Part shown: in pieces, positions 1 through 9,009 of the stretch
How positions within the stretch are numbered: position 1 is the stretch's first letter
How the letters are laid out: each line of letters starts with the position of its first letter
Source of the DNA: Candidatus Multivorans sp.
GTDB taxonomy: Bacteria; Acidobacteriota; Thermoanaerobaculia; Multivoradales; Multivoraceae
NCBI GenBank assembly: GCA_965247095.1
Contig: OZ251997.1
Coordinates: forward strand, 672,001 to 736,000
Direction: 5' to 3'
Length of the DNA stretch: 64,000 bases
Position numbers and translations under genes: made by a program
Notes under the pieces: model-generated
What the model was told of the DNA's origin: nothing
The model's input: the letters and a program-made list of their open reading frames with translations, nothing else
The model's database searches: none

Positions 1-135
1 CTGCTCGCCGATCCGTCGATCGTCAAGGCGGCGTGGGAGGAACTCGATCGGCGGCTCGCCGACCGCCCCTACCGCGCGGCTTTGGAGGAGGGCCAGGAGC
101 CGCCCCTGGACTACCGCAACGCGCCCGAGCGGTAG
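1..135 (+). CDS. 3' end of a probable M20/AbgB-like amidohydrolase (partial, starts before the window)
   Basis: Frame 1 reads LLADPSIVKAAWEELDRRLADRPYRAALEEGQEPPLDYRNAPER* with TAG at 133-135. The PPLDYR tail resembles AbgB-like amidohydrolase C-termini. Confidence 0.55.
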   Translation: MLADPSIVKAAWEELDRRLADRPYRAALEEGQEPPLDYRNAPER

Positions 136-283
136 CGTTCCTCGCATGGCGCTTCTGTGCCCCTGCGCCGGTGCTCAGAGGAACTGGCCCGGAGGAGGGC
201 TGCGCGGGGGCTTCGCGGATTGAACGTTCCGACCGCGGTCTACGTACACTGCATTGCATCAGTTCTCTGAAGGAGGATGGCCC

Positions 284-1453
284 ATGAGCGGATCGGCAGA
301 CGAGCAAGCGAGCGCGACCGTGGAAGGCGGTCCCGTTGGGGAAGCGCCTGGTAGCGCTCCTCCCTTCGCCGATACGGGCGCGGGGACTGAAGGAGAGACC
401 GTGGACGTGATCGACGATCCGCGCGGCGACGAGGACGAACCGGGGGCGCCCATCCGCTACAGGATCCGGACCTACGGTGCGGATATGCCGGTGGACGCCT
501 TGATGAAGCGCATGGAGGACCAGGACATCTACGTCCCTGACTTCCAACGCAAGTTCATCTGGACCCTTGCTCAGGCTTCTCGGTTCATCGAGTCGCTGCT
601 GCTCGGACTCCCGGTGCCGGAGATCTTCCTGTTCAAGGATCCGGACACACGACGACTTCTGGTGGTCGACGGTCAGCAGCGGCTGAAGACGCTGCGTCAG
701 TTCTTCGCCGGAAAGTTCCGTCACCGGGACTTCGCGCTCCGAGGGGTCGGCGAGGACTTCACCGGCAAGACGATTTGCTCGTTGGAGCCTTGGGAGCGGC
801 GCGAACTCGATCAGTTCATCATTCACGCCACGATCTTCGAGCAGGACGAGCCGACGGACGATCGCAGCTCCGTGTACTCTGTGTTCGAACGCCTCAACAC
901 GGGCGGTACGCCGCTGCAGGCCCAGGAGATTCGTTCCAGCATCTACGAAGGGACGTTGAACGAACTGCTGCACGACCTTGCGGAGGACCCACACTGGCGC
1001 AACCTTTACGGCCCGTCGAGCCCGCGTCGGCGCGATGAGGAACTCGTGCTTCGCTTCCTCGCGTTGCTGCATGCGCTGGAGAAGTACCGAAGTCCGATGA
1101 AGAGGTTCCTGAACAACTTCATGGAGGAGAATCGGGACCCGTTGCCGGATGCGCTGGTTGGCTACCGCTCAGTCTTTGAGAGGACGGTCGAGACAGTGGA
1201 TCGAATGCTTGGTGCGAATGCGCTTCGTCCTGACCGTCCGGTGAACGCAGCTATCGCCGATGCCGTTCTCGTGGGTACTGCAAGTCGCCTGGAGCGGGGC
1301 CCCATCGAGCACGGCGAGGAGTTCAGGAGCGCCCACGGGCGACTCATCGAACGACTTAGGAGTGACGAACTCTACCAGAGCCGCACGACTCATGAGAATC
1401 GGCTTCGGGAGCGGATTCGGTACGCGAACGAGGAGTTCGACCCCGTCCCATGA
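284..1453 (+). CDS. DUF262 (ParB-like / GmrSD N-terminal) domain protein
   Basis: AGGAGG at 271-276 precedes ATG 284. Carries the DUF262 motifs PDFQRKFIW, FIESLLLGLPVP, VVDGQQRL and FERLNTGG. Confidence 0.9.
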   Translation: MSGSADEQASATVEGGPVGEAPGSAPPFADTGAGTEGETVDVIDDPRGDEDEPGAPIRYRIRTYGADMPVDALMKRMEDQDIYVPDFQRKFIWTLAQASRFIESLLLGLPVPEIFLFKDPDTRRLLVVDGQQRLKTLRQFFAGKFRHRDFALRGVGEDFTGKTICSLEPWERRELDQFIIHATIFEQDEPTDDRSSVYSVFERLNTGGTPLQAQEIRSSIYEGTLNELLHDLAEDPHWRNLYGPSSPRRRDEELVLRFLALLHALEKYRSPMKRFLNNFMEENRDPLPDALVGYRSVFERTVETVDRMLGANALRPDRPVNAAIADAVLVGTASRLERGPIEHGEEFRSAHGRLIERLRSDELYQSRTTHENRLRERIRYANEEFDPVP

Positions 1454-1926
1454 TCCCTGGCGACGCACAGCGTCTTGAGGAGCGCATTCTTAGGGCGCGC
1501 GCCCGAGCCTCATCGCCGGACCTAACGGACGAGGATCGGGCCTGGCTCGGCGAGATGGCCGCGATCTGGGCGTCGGGTTACTTGGAGACGGCGTTTCGAG
1601 ACACGCTCAGGCAGTATGTCGAGACTCGAGCGGATTCCAGGGTTCAACGAGCGATGAATCGGCGGTTGGATCGGTTTCGCAATCAGCGCTTGGGCGTGAT
1701 TCTGGACCTCGTGGGCGAGTTCGACACAACTTGGCAGGAGGAACTGCGGAGTTTCGCAGATGGCGCGGTCGGTGAAAGTGTGAACAGCATCGTTGCCCTC
1801 AGACACCGTATCGCCCACGGACGGTCGGACCGAGTAAGCATCGGCACGGTTGGGCGCTATTTCGACGAGGCCCGGAGGCTCCCTCGGCGTCTTGTGAAGC
1901 TGTGTGGCGGGTCGCTCGGGGCTTGA
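1450..1926 (+). CDS. HEPN-domain nuclease (MAE_28990/MAE_18760-like)
   Basis: ATGA overlap with the DUF262 gene. Helical 158-aa protein with Rx4H motif (LRHRIAHG) and an upstream SGYLE motif. Confidence 0.8.
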   Translation: MIPGDAQRLEERILRARARASSPDLTDEDRAWLGEMAAIWASGYLETAFRDTLRQYVETRADSRVQRAMNRRLDRFRNQRLGVILDLVGEFDTTWQEELRSFADGAVGESVNSIVALRHRIAHGRSDRVSIGTVGRYFDEARRLPRRLVKLCGGSLGA

Positions 1927-1942
1927 GAAGGCCGCGCGGGGC

Positions 1943-3058
1943 TCAAGATCTGGTACGCCACCGTACGCCCGCGTGCAGGCTGATGTCGACGGCGGAGCCG
2001 TACTTTGCCGTGTTGTTGCTGAGGCTGAAGTAGGCGGCGCGGTCAAGTCCTCCTGGGCTCGGCTTCAGGCTGCGGGTCCAGCCGACATCGATCAGGGTTG
2101 CCGTGACGCCCAGGATCGAGAGCTTCAATTGGCGGAACGGGCTCTTCTGGTGCCGGATCTGGAGGACCAGTGAGGACCGTGGGCCGAAAGGACGTTCGCC
2201 GGCAATGGCGATCGTGACCAGGTCCTGCGGTTCCAGCTCGAGCAGGTCGTGCCCGCCGAGGCGGGTGAAGCCGGCGTTGCCGTAGAGGGTCCAGCGGCCC
2301 AACGGCCGGCTGACCAGGTACTGGGCCGCAGCATCGACCGAGCCCGTGCCGTAGAAGTCGTCCTCGCTGGCGGTCGGCAACTTGACCTGGACCTGGACGG
2401 CCTGCCGCCACGTCGTTGATCCGGCTCCGAAGCCCCACTTGAGAGAGGCGACGGTTTCGCCCAGGCCGGGTCCTGGCGCCTCGAAGCGAATGAAGCGCAA
2501 GCGGTCCCCGTAGCTGCTGGGTCCGCCTTTGCCATCGCGCCTGAAGTACAGGCCGTAGTCGTTCTGCAGCGACTGCGGCCGGCCGGACTGGCGGAACCCG
2601 AAGAGATCGTGGAAGCCTTCGATCACGGGATCGAGAACCCCGCCGCCGGCATCGATGATCGAGGTTCTGAGGCCCAGTTCGAGCCTTCCGGCGAACCGGC
2701 GCCGCACGTCGACCGTCAGGCGATGGAGTTCGGCGTCAGCAAAGTAGATCCCCTCCGGCCCCGGCCAGGGTGCGATGCCGTCGAGTTCCTCGACCGTCAC
2801 CGGACCGCGTTCGGACCGCGCCTCGATGACTTCGGACACCGCGGGCGAGCGGAGCCAGAAGCTGGAAAGGCCGAGGGACGTGGTGACCTGCCAGCGTCCC
2901 GGCGCCGACTGCGGCGCCGGCGGCGCCTCCACCGGCAGGCTGAGGAAGCCCGATCCGCCGGCGAGCCAGGCTTCGGCCACGGGCAGCGGGCCGAAGGAGT
3001 GCTCACGCGCCATCGCCGAGCCGCACAGGGCGAGCGCCATCGTTCCAGAAAGCGCCAT
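1943..3058 (-). CDS. DUF3187-like exported / outer-membrane beta-barrel protein (start uncertain)
   Basis: Signal-peptide-like N-terminus, GGGVLDPVIEGFHDLFG motif, VKLPT motif and an amphipathic C-terminal strand. Confidence 0.65.
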   Translation of the reverse strand: MALSGTMALALCGSAMAREHSFGPLPVAEAWLAGGSGFLSLPVEAPPAPQSAPGRWQVTTSLGLSSFWLRSPAVSEVIEARSERGPVTVEELDGIAPWPGPEGIYFADAELHRLTVDVRRRFAGRLELGLRTSIIDAGGGVLDPVIEGFHDLFGFRQSGRPQSLQNDYGLYFRRDGKGGPSSYGDRLRFIRFEAPGPGLGETVASLKWGFGAGSTTWRQAVQVQVKLPTASEDDFYGTGSVDAAAQYLVSRPLGRWTLYGNAGFTRLGGHDLLELEPQDLVTIAIAGERPFGPRSSLVLQIRHQKSPFRQLKLSILGVTATLIDVGWTRSLKPSPGGLDRAAYFSLSNNTAKYGSAVDISLHAGVRWRTRS

Positions 3059-3165
3059 CGCCAAGCGTCGGGCGGGACTTGGGTGCGCCTCAGGACTTGC
3101 GGTCGGGCCGTGGCCGCCGATAGAGTCATAGTGCCTCACACTTGATTCATCTCTGGAGGCGTAGG

Positions 3166-3435
3166 GTGACACTCAAGCAACTGACGGTTCGTGGTTTGGA
3201 CGATGACGTTGTTCGCGAACTACAGCGAATTGCGGAAGAAGATGGCCTTTCGTTGAACCAGTCTGTGCGGAAGTTGATGCGCAGAGGGCTCGGGCAGTCG
3301 GGGAGTTCGGATGACGAAGGTGTGATCGGCGACAGCCTCGATCACCTCTTTGGCACTTGGTCCCGCGAGGAAGCGGACGAGTTCGACAGGGCCGTGGCGG
3401 ACTTTGAGGTGATCGACGAGTCGATCTGGAGATGA
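3166..3435 (+). CDS. vapB: Ribbon-helix-helix antitoxin (FitA/VapB-like)
   Basis: GGAGG at 3155-3159 precedes GTG 3166. Sequence KQLTVRGLDD...SLNQ, acidic C-terminus, ATGA overlap with the PIN toxin. Confidence 0.8.
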   Translation: MTLKQLTVRGLDDDVVRELQRIAEEDGLSLNQSVRKLMRRGLGQSGSSDDEGVIGDSLDHLFGTWSREEADEFDRAVADFEVIDESIWR

Positions 3436-3845
3436 CGGCCTATCTCCTGGACACCGACGCCTACTCCCAGTGGAAGTGCGGTCATCGCGGACTTCATCGC
3501 ACTCTCCGGGCAGCCAGCCGGACCCTTCTTTCTGCGGTCGTGGTCGGCGAACTGCTGTCCGGATTCCGACGGGGATCGCGCTTCAGTCGGAACCTGGAAG
3601 AGCTGCAGAGTTTTCTTCTCAGCCCTCGTGTCGAGTTCCTCCCGGTGACCATGAGAACGAGCGACCGCTACTCCCGCATCGCGGCGTATATTCGGGCGAA
3701 GGGCAAGCCGATTCCGACCAACGACATCTGGGTAGCCGCCCATGCGTTCGAGAGCGGGAGCGAACTCCTTTCGTTTGACGGTCACTACGAACAGGTCGAC
3801 GGCCTGGTCTGGACCCGGCTCCGTCCCGAGAACGGTGTGGGCTGA
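3432..3845 (+). CDS. vapC: PIN-domain toxin VapC
   Basis: YLLDTD N-terminus, VVVGELLSGF, PIPTNDIWVAA and LLSFDGHY. Confidence 0.92.
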   Translation: MTAYLLDTDAYSQWKCGHRGLHRTLRAASRTLLSAVVVGELLSGFRRGSRFSRNLEELQSFLLSPRVEFLPVTMRTSDRYSRIAAYIRAKGKPIPTNDIWVAAHAFESGSELLSFDGHYEQVDGLVWTRLRPENGVG

Positions 3846-3869
3846 CGTTGGCTGAAGCGGGCTGGCGTT

Positions 3870-6218
3870 CTACGGCGCCGCCCCCGCCGACTGGATCGCC
3901 CGCCAGATGCGCTCGGGCTTGGCCGGCATGTCGATGTTCGTGATGCCGAGCGGCCGCAGGGCGTCGACGATCGCGTTGACGATGCAGGGTGTGGCGCCGA
4001 TCGTTCCCAGCTCGCCGATGCCCTTGGCGCCGAGCGGGTTGATCGGCGTCGGCGTCACCGTGTTGTCGAGCACCATGCGCGGGAAGTGCTTGGCGCGGGG
4101 GACGGCGTAGTCCATCAGGGTGCCGGAAAGGAGCTGGCCGCTGTCGTCGTACTGGACCTCTTCCCACATCGCCTGACCGATGCCCTGGACGACGCCGCCT
4201 AGGCGCTGGCCGTCCGCCAGCATCGGGTTGATCACGACACCGAAGTCGTCGACCGCGACGTAGCGCTGGATCTCGATCTGGCCGCTCTCGGGGTCGATCT
4301 CGACCTGGCAGAGGTGGGCGCCGAAGGGGAAGGTGGTCGCCGACGGTTCGAAGCGTGCGACCGCCTCGAGGCCGGGTTCCTCGCCCGGCACGGCGACGTT
4401 CCAGAGGTGAGCCATCTCAGCGACCTGGCGGAAGGTGAGCTTGCGGTCGGTGCCGCTGACGGTGAACGCGCCGTCGTCGTACTCGATCTGGTCGACCGGT
4501 GCGTCGAGGTGGTGGGCCGCGAGGCGCGTGGCCTTGTTGTGGACCTTGGTCAGGGCCATGTGCAGCGCCGCGCCGCCGACCGCGATGCCCCGGCTGCCGA
4601 AGGTGCCGACGCCGTGCTGAACCTGGTCGGTGTCGCCGTGCACCACGACCACGTCGTCGAGGCCGACGCCGAAGGCGTCCGAGGTCATCTGGGCGAAGGC
4701 GGTCTCCTGGCCCTGGCCGTGGGGCGAAATGCCCGTGTAGACGGTGACGTTGCCGCTCGGTTCGACGCGTACGGTGGCGCTTTCCCAGGTGCCCATGCGC
4801 TGCTGCGGAGCGGTGCCGGCCGAGGGGCCTAGGCCGCAGACCTCGGTGAAGGTGGCGAGTCCGATGCCGACGAGGCGGCCGTCCTCGCGCGCTCTGCTCT
4901 GCGCCTCGCGCGCTTCGTCGTAGCCGGCGAGTTCCATCATCCGGTCGAGCGTGAGTTCATAGTCGCCGCTGTCGTAGACCGCGCCCGACGCCGTGGTGTG
5001 GGGGAAGGCGCCCTTGTCGACGAAGTTCCGGCGCCGCACGGCGGCCGGGTCGATGCCGGTCGCTGCCGCCACCTCGTCCATCACCCGCTCGATGATGTAG
5101 GCGGCTTCGGGGCGCCCGGCGCCGCGATAGGCCTCGGTGGCCATCGTGTTCGTGTAGACCGAGGCGGTGTCCCAGGCGACTGCCTTGATGTCGTAGCAGC
5201 CGCAGGACATCGTGTGCGTGGAGAGGGCGATGAAGGGGCCGTAGAAGGACCGGAAGGCGCCGATGTCGGAGATCGTCTGGCCCTTGAGCGCCAGCACCCG
5301 GCCGTCGTTCTGGAAGGCGACCTCGATCTTCTCGACGTGGCCCCGGCCGTGCGTCATGCCGAGGAGGTTCTCGGTCCGGGTCTCGGCCCACTTGACCGGC
5401 CGGCGCAGGGCGCGGGAAACCCAGCACAGGAGCGGGTCCTCCGGGTAGGTCGGGATCTTCGCTCCGAAGCCGCCGCCGACTTCGGGTGCGATGGCGCGAA
5501 CGCGGATCTCGGGGATCCCGAGGCACATCGCGACCTGCTGCTTGACGAAGTGCGGGGCCTGGTTGGAGGTCCAGATGGTCAGCTTGCCGGGCCCTTCCTC
5601 CCAGTGCGCGCAGATGGCCCGGCCTTCGATCGGGAAGGGGGCCACGCGCTGGTTGAGCAGGCGCATCGAGAGCGTCTGGTCGGCCTGCTCGAAGAGCTTG
5701 TCGGCTTCGGGATTCGGGACCGGGATCTGCAGGCAGATGTTGCTGTCGAGTTCCTCGTAGACCTTGGGCGCGTCCGGCGCCATCGCGGCCTCGACATCGA
5801 CGACCGCTTCGCGCGGCTCGATGTCCACGTCGACCTTCGAGGCGGCGTCGCGGGCGGCGTAGAGAGTCTCGGCCACGACCACCGCGACCGGCTGGCCGAC
5901 GTAGAGCACGCGGCCGTTCGCCAGCAGCGGATGGTCCGCCTTGCCCATGCCTGGTATTTCGGCGCCGACCGGGCTCGGTCCGACCTGCCCGTCCATGTCG
6001 GCGTAGGTGTAGACGCCGACGACGCCCGGGTGGGCGGCCGCAGCGGCGGTGTCGATGGAGCGGACAGCGCCGGCTGCGAAGTCGCTGCGCACGAAGGCGG
6101 CATAGGTCATCCGCGGCAGCTTGACGTCGTCCGTGTAGGTGGCGAGGCCCCGGATCAGGCGGGGATCCTCGCGGCGCTTGATGGGCTGGCCGACGGAGTT
6201 GGGTCGAAACGTCGTCAT
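3870..6218 (-). CDS. Xanthine dehydrogenase family molybdopterin subunit (CoxL form II-like)
   Basis: VGQPIKRREDPRLIRG, VGGGFGAK, active-site loop AYRGAGR, HGQGQET and GAKGIGE. Confidence 0.92.
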   Translation of the reverse strand: MTTFRPNSVGQPIKRREDPRLIRGLATYTDDVKLPRMTYAAFVRSDFAAGAVRSIDTAAAAAHPGVVGVYTYADMDGQVGPSPVGAEIPGMGKADHPLLANGRVLYVGQPVAVVVAETLYAARDAASKVDVDIEPREAVVDVEAAMAPDAPKVYEELDSNICLQIPVPNPEADKLFEQADQTLSMRLLNQRVAPFPIEGRAICAHWEEGPGKLTIWTSNQAPHFVKQQVAMCLGIPEIRVRAIAPEVGGGFGAKIPTYPEDPLLCWVSRALRRPVKWAETRTENLLGMTHGRGHVEKIEVAFQNDGRVLALKGQTISDIGAFRSFYGPFIALSTHTMSCGCYDIKAVAWDTASVYTNTMATEAYRGAGRPEAAYIIERVMDEVAAATGIDPAAVRRRNFVDKGAFPHTTASGAVYDSGDYELTLDRMMELAGYDEAREAQSRAREDGRLVGIGLATFTEVCGLGPSAGTAPQQRMGTWESATVRVEPSGNVTVYTGISPHGQGQETAFAQMTSDAFGVGLDDVVVVHGDTDQVQHGVGTFGSRGIAVGGAALHMALTKVHNKATRLAAHHLDAPVDQIEYDDGAFTVSGTDRKLTFRQVAEMAHLWNVAVPGEEPGLEAVARFEPSATTFPFGAHLCQVEIDPESGQIEIQRYVAVDDFGVVINPMLADGQRLGGVVQGIGQAMWEEVQYDDSGQLLSGTLMDYAVPRAKHFPRMVLDNTVTPTPINPLGAKGIGELGTIGATPCIVNAIVDALRPLGITNIDMPAKPERIWRAIQSAGAAP

Positions 6219-6219
6219 C

Positions 6220-6702
6220 TTAGGCCCCTCCCGCGACTTCGGCGGCGTGCTGTACCGCGTCGACGATCTGCTGGTAGCCGGTGCAGCGGCAGATGTTGCC
6301 GTCGATCGCTTCCCGGATCTCGGCCTCGGTCGGGTTCGGGTTGTCGTCGAGCAGTTGCTTCGCCGCCATGATCATCCCCGGGGTGCAGTAGCCGCACTGC
6401 AGACCGTGCTTCTCCCAGAATCCGACCTGCAGCGGATGGAGGTGATCGGCGTCAGCGGCGAGACCCTCGATCGTCGTCACCTCATGGCCGTCGGCCTGGA
6501 CCGCGAGCACGGTGCAGCTCTTCACCGCGCGGCCGTTCAGGTGGACGGTGCAGGCGCCGCAGAGGGTGCTCTCGCAGCCGATATGAACGCCCGTGAGGTC
6601 GAGTTCCTCGCGCAGGAAGTGGACGAGCAACGTGCGCGGCTCGACTTCTTGCTCGCACTTGCTGCCGTTGACGGTGATGGCGACAGGGACGGATCGTGGC
6701 AT
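6220..6702 (-). CDS. [2Fe-2S] subunit (CoxS-like)
   Basis: AGGAGG upstream of ATG 6702. Motifs [20 protein letters not shown] and NICRCTGY. Confidence 0.92.
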   Translation of the reverse strand: MPRSVPVAITVNGSKCEQEVEPRTLLVHFLREELDLTGVHIGCESTLCGACTVHLNGRAVKSCTVLAVQADGHEVTTIEGLAADADHLHPLQVGFWEKHGLQCGYCTPGMIMAAKQLLDDNPNPTEAEIREAIDGNICRCTGYQQIVDAVQHAAEVAGGA

Positions 6703-6869
6703 CGGACCTCCTACCAATTCGAGTCGCGGCGTCCGCGCCGCGCTGACGCACAGGAGCAGGGCTTGTTTCATACAGGGATCGGTGTCGTGGCGCGGAAGCG
6801 TATCGCAGCGAGGGCTGCTAGCATTGCTCTATTCGCCGAGGAATCACCCTCTAGAGCAGGGAGACCGAC

Positions 6870-7898
6870 ATGAGAAAGTCGCTGATCGCTACCGCCGTGC
6901 TGTTTGGACTCGTTGCCGCCGCTTCAGCGGCCGTCGCCGCCGAGGGCGAGATCAACAGAACCGCCAGTGGCAAGCCGGACTTCACCGGCGTCTACGACAT
7001 CTCGAGCATCACGCCCTTCTCAAGACCGAAGGAGTTCGGCGACAAGCTGAACCTCACTGCCGAGGAGGCGCAGGCGCTGGCGAAGCGGCGCGCCGAGACG
7101 AACGCGGCCCAGGCCGCGCCCAGCGATCCGGAGCGCTCAGCGCCGGAGGAGGGCGGCAATGTCGGCGCCTACAACAATTTCTGGTTCGAGTGGGGTAGCC
7201 AGAACTTCATGATCGACGGCAAGTACCGGACCTCGGTGCTGACCGATCCGCCGAACGGGCGAATGCCGGCGATGACCGAGCAGGGGAAGAAGCGGGCCGC
7301 GGCCGCGCCCAAGTTCGCGTGGCCGAACAAGGGCTATGCCTGGTGGCTCGAGTCCGGCGACATCCCCTACGACGGTCCGGAGACGAACATCGTCGGCGTG
7401 CGCTGTTTCTACCAGCCGACGGCCTCGGTCGCGATCCGTCCGCTGCCCTACAACAACGTGAAGACGATCGTCCAGACCGAGGACCACTTCATGATCATGA
7501 TCGAGTGGATGCACTGGACCCGGGTCGTCCGGATCGGCGGAGAGCACGCCCCGGACTCGTACCGTTCCCTGAGCGGCGACTCGATCGGTTGGTGGGAGGA
7601 CGACACGCTGGTCGTCGAGACGACCAACTTCCGCGACATGCCCGATCTGCGCGGCGAGGGAGTGCGGGTCGTCGAGCGGTTCAGCCCCTCGGGCGGCGAC
7701 AGACTGCGCTACAGCTTCACGGTCGAGAATCCCGAGTACGAGGCGCCGTACAGCGGTGAGCTGCCGTGGCCTAAGACGACCGACAAGAGCTACGAGTACG
7801 CCTGCCACGAAGGCAACTACGCGATGGGCAACATGCTGCGCGGCGCGCGGCTGCTGGAGTCGGAGTTCCAGGGTCAGTCCAGTTCCGGCCAGGAGTAG
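6870..7898 (+). CDS. Conserved exported hypothetical protein
   Basis: GGGAG RBS and Sec signal peptide. Motifs GKPDFTGVY, GDSIGWWEDDTLVVETTNF and YEYACHEGNY. Confidence 0.85.
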   Translation: MRKSLIATAVLFGLVAAASAAVAAEGEINRTASGKPDFTGVYDISSITPFSRPKEFGDKLNLTAEEAQALAKRRAETNAAQAAPSDPERSAPEEGGNVGAYNNFWFEWGSQNFMIDGKYRTSVLTDPPNGRMPAMTEQGKKRAAAAPKFAWPNKGYAWWLESGDIPYDGPETNIVGVRCFYQPTASVAIRPLPYNNVKTIVQTEDHFMIMIEWMHWTRVVRIGGEHAPDSYRSLSGDSIGWWEDDTLVVETTNFRDMPDLRGEGVRVVERFSPSGGDRLRYSFTVENPEYEAPYSGELPWPKTTDKSYEYACHEGNYAMGNMLRGARLLESEFQGQSSSGQE

Positions 7899-7936
7899 GT
7901 CCTGGCCTGGGGCCTCTGACCGGGTGCGCCGGCCTG

Positions 7937-8004
7937 CCATCTGTGCGCCCGATGACGGGCGCACAGAGTGGTTCGCGGGTGGCGCGGATCGCGCCACCCG
8001 GGTT
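7937..8004 (+). repeat. 68-nt two-hairpin dispersed repeat, copy A
   Basis: 12-bp stem at 7940-7967 (loop ATGA) and 11-bp stem at 7976-8000. 58/68 identical to the reverse complement of 52774-52841. Confidence 0.85.
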
Positions 8005-8012
8005 CTGGCCGG

Positions 8013-8981
8013 CTAAACCGCCCGCACCTGCCGGCTCACCCGTCGGATGATCCGGGGCAGAGCCTCGTGTACCTCCGCCGGCACCCGGAAGGTCGTCATC
8101 CAGGACAGCGCGGCGAGATCGGTCAGATCGACCGCGTCCCGGCCGGCCAACAGCGCCGCCCCCCGCAGGATCTTGATCGCCTTGACCAGGAAGGTGCGAT
8201 CGGTGAGCAGGGAGTTCGTCTCGTTGCACTCGAACTCAAGCACCAGCGTGCGCATGACATCGAGAAGCGCAGCGCGCACCGCCGGTCCGACTTCGACCTC
8301 GTACATGCGACGATTCAGCGCGTCCAGCGTGGCGCGGTCGGTCACGGGATCCGGGTCGGGCTGTTCGACCACGGATCCGGCGGCGAAACGGTCGATGAGC
8401 GTCCTCGCGTCCTCGGCGCCGCTCTGGATCAAGCCGGAGACCCGCAACTGGAGAGCGAACCGGTCGAGGTTCGCGGGATCGAGCGGCTCGTTGTAGTACT
8501 CGTCGTCCATCGGGTTGCCGGTCGCGATGGCGGCCATGAGCGGGATCGGCTCGGCGCCGAAACGGCGCTCGTTCAGGATCCGGAGCAGCACGTTCAGCGC
8601 TTCGCCCGGGGCGCGGGAGATGTCGTCGAGGACCGCGATCTCGGCGGTCAGCAGACCCCCGGGTTCGATCCGCTGGTGAATTCGCTCGGCTTCGCCGAAG
8701 GCGCCCGGATCGGCGCCTTCCGTCCTCACCTTGCGTCGCTCCAGGACGATGTCGCCGACCAGTTCGGCGAGTCGGGTGTCGCGGTGCAACTGGTAGAAGA
8801 AGAAGTCGAGCGCGGACCCCTTGGCGGCGACCTCGGCAAGCCGCGTCTTGGCGGTGCCCGGCGGTCCCTCCACGTAGATGTGCTCCCTGGTGATCAAGGC
8901 CAGGAGCAGGGCCGTCTTCACCTCGCCATGGCCGACGACGTGGTGATCGAGCAGGTCGCGGAGTGGGGTGAGGTCGTTCAC
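8013..8981 (-). CDS. MoxR/RavA-like AAA+ ATPase
   Basis: Walker A GPPGTAKT, Walker B region IAVLDDI, sensor ATGN and ANLDRF arginine finger. Confidence 0.85.
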   Translation of the reverse strand: MNDLTPLRDLLDHHVVGHGEVKTALLLALITREHIYVEGPPGTAKTRLAEVAAKGSALDFFFYQLHRDTRLAELVGDIVLERRKVRTEGADPGAFGEAERIHQRIEPGGLLTAEIAVLDDISRAPGEALNVLLRILNERRFGAEPIPLMAAIATGNPMDDEYYNEPLDPANLDRFALQLRVSGLIQSGAEDARTLIDRFAAGSVVEQPDPDPVTDRATLDALNRRMYEVEVGPAVRAALLDVMRTLVLEFECNETNSLLTDRTFLVKAIKILRGAALLAGRDAVDLTDLAALSWMTTFRVPAEVHEALPRIIRRVSRQVRAV

Positions 8982-9009
8982 GGGACGCGCGACTTTATCC
9001 CCAGTCGGA

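Noticed and set aside
154-181. TCTGTGCCCCTGCGCCGGTGCTCAGAGG as a possible third copy of the twin-hairpin repeat
   Set aside because: Only the stem ends match. The loop and second hairpin are absent, so it could be chance.
3870-6218. Annotation as a true aerobic CO dehydrogenase
   Set aside because: It lacks the form I AYxCSFR motif and has no coxM, so CO oxidation cannot be inferred.
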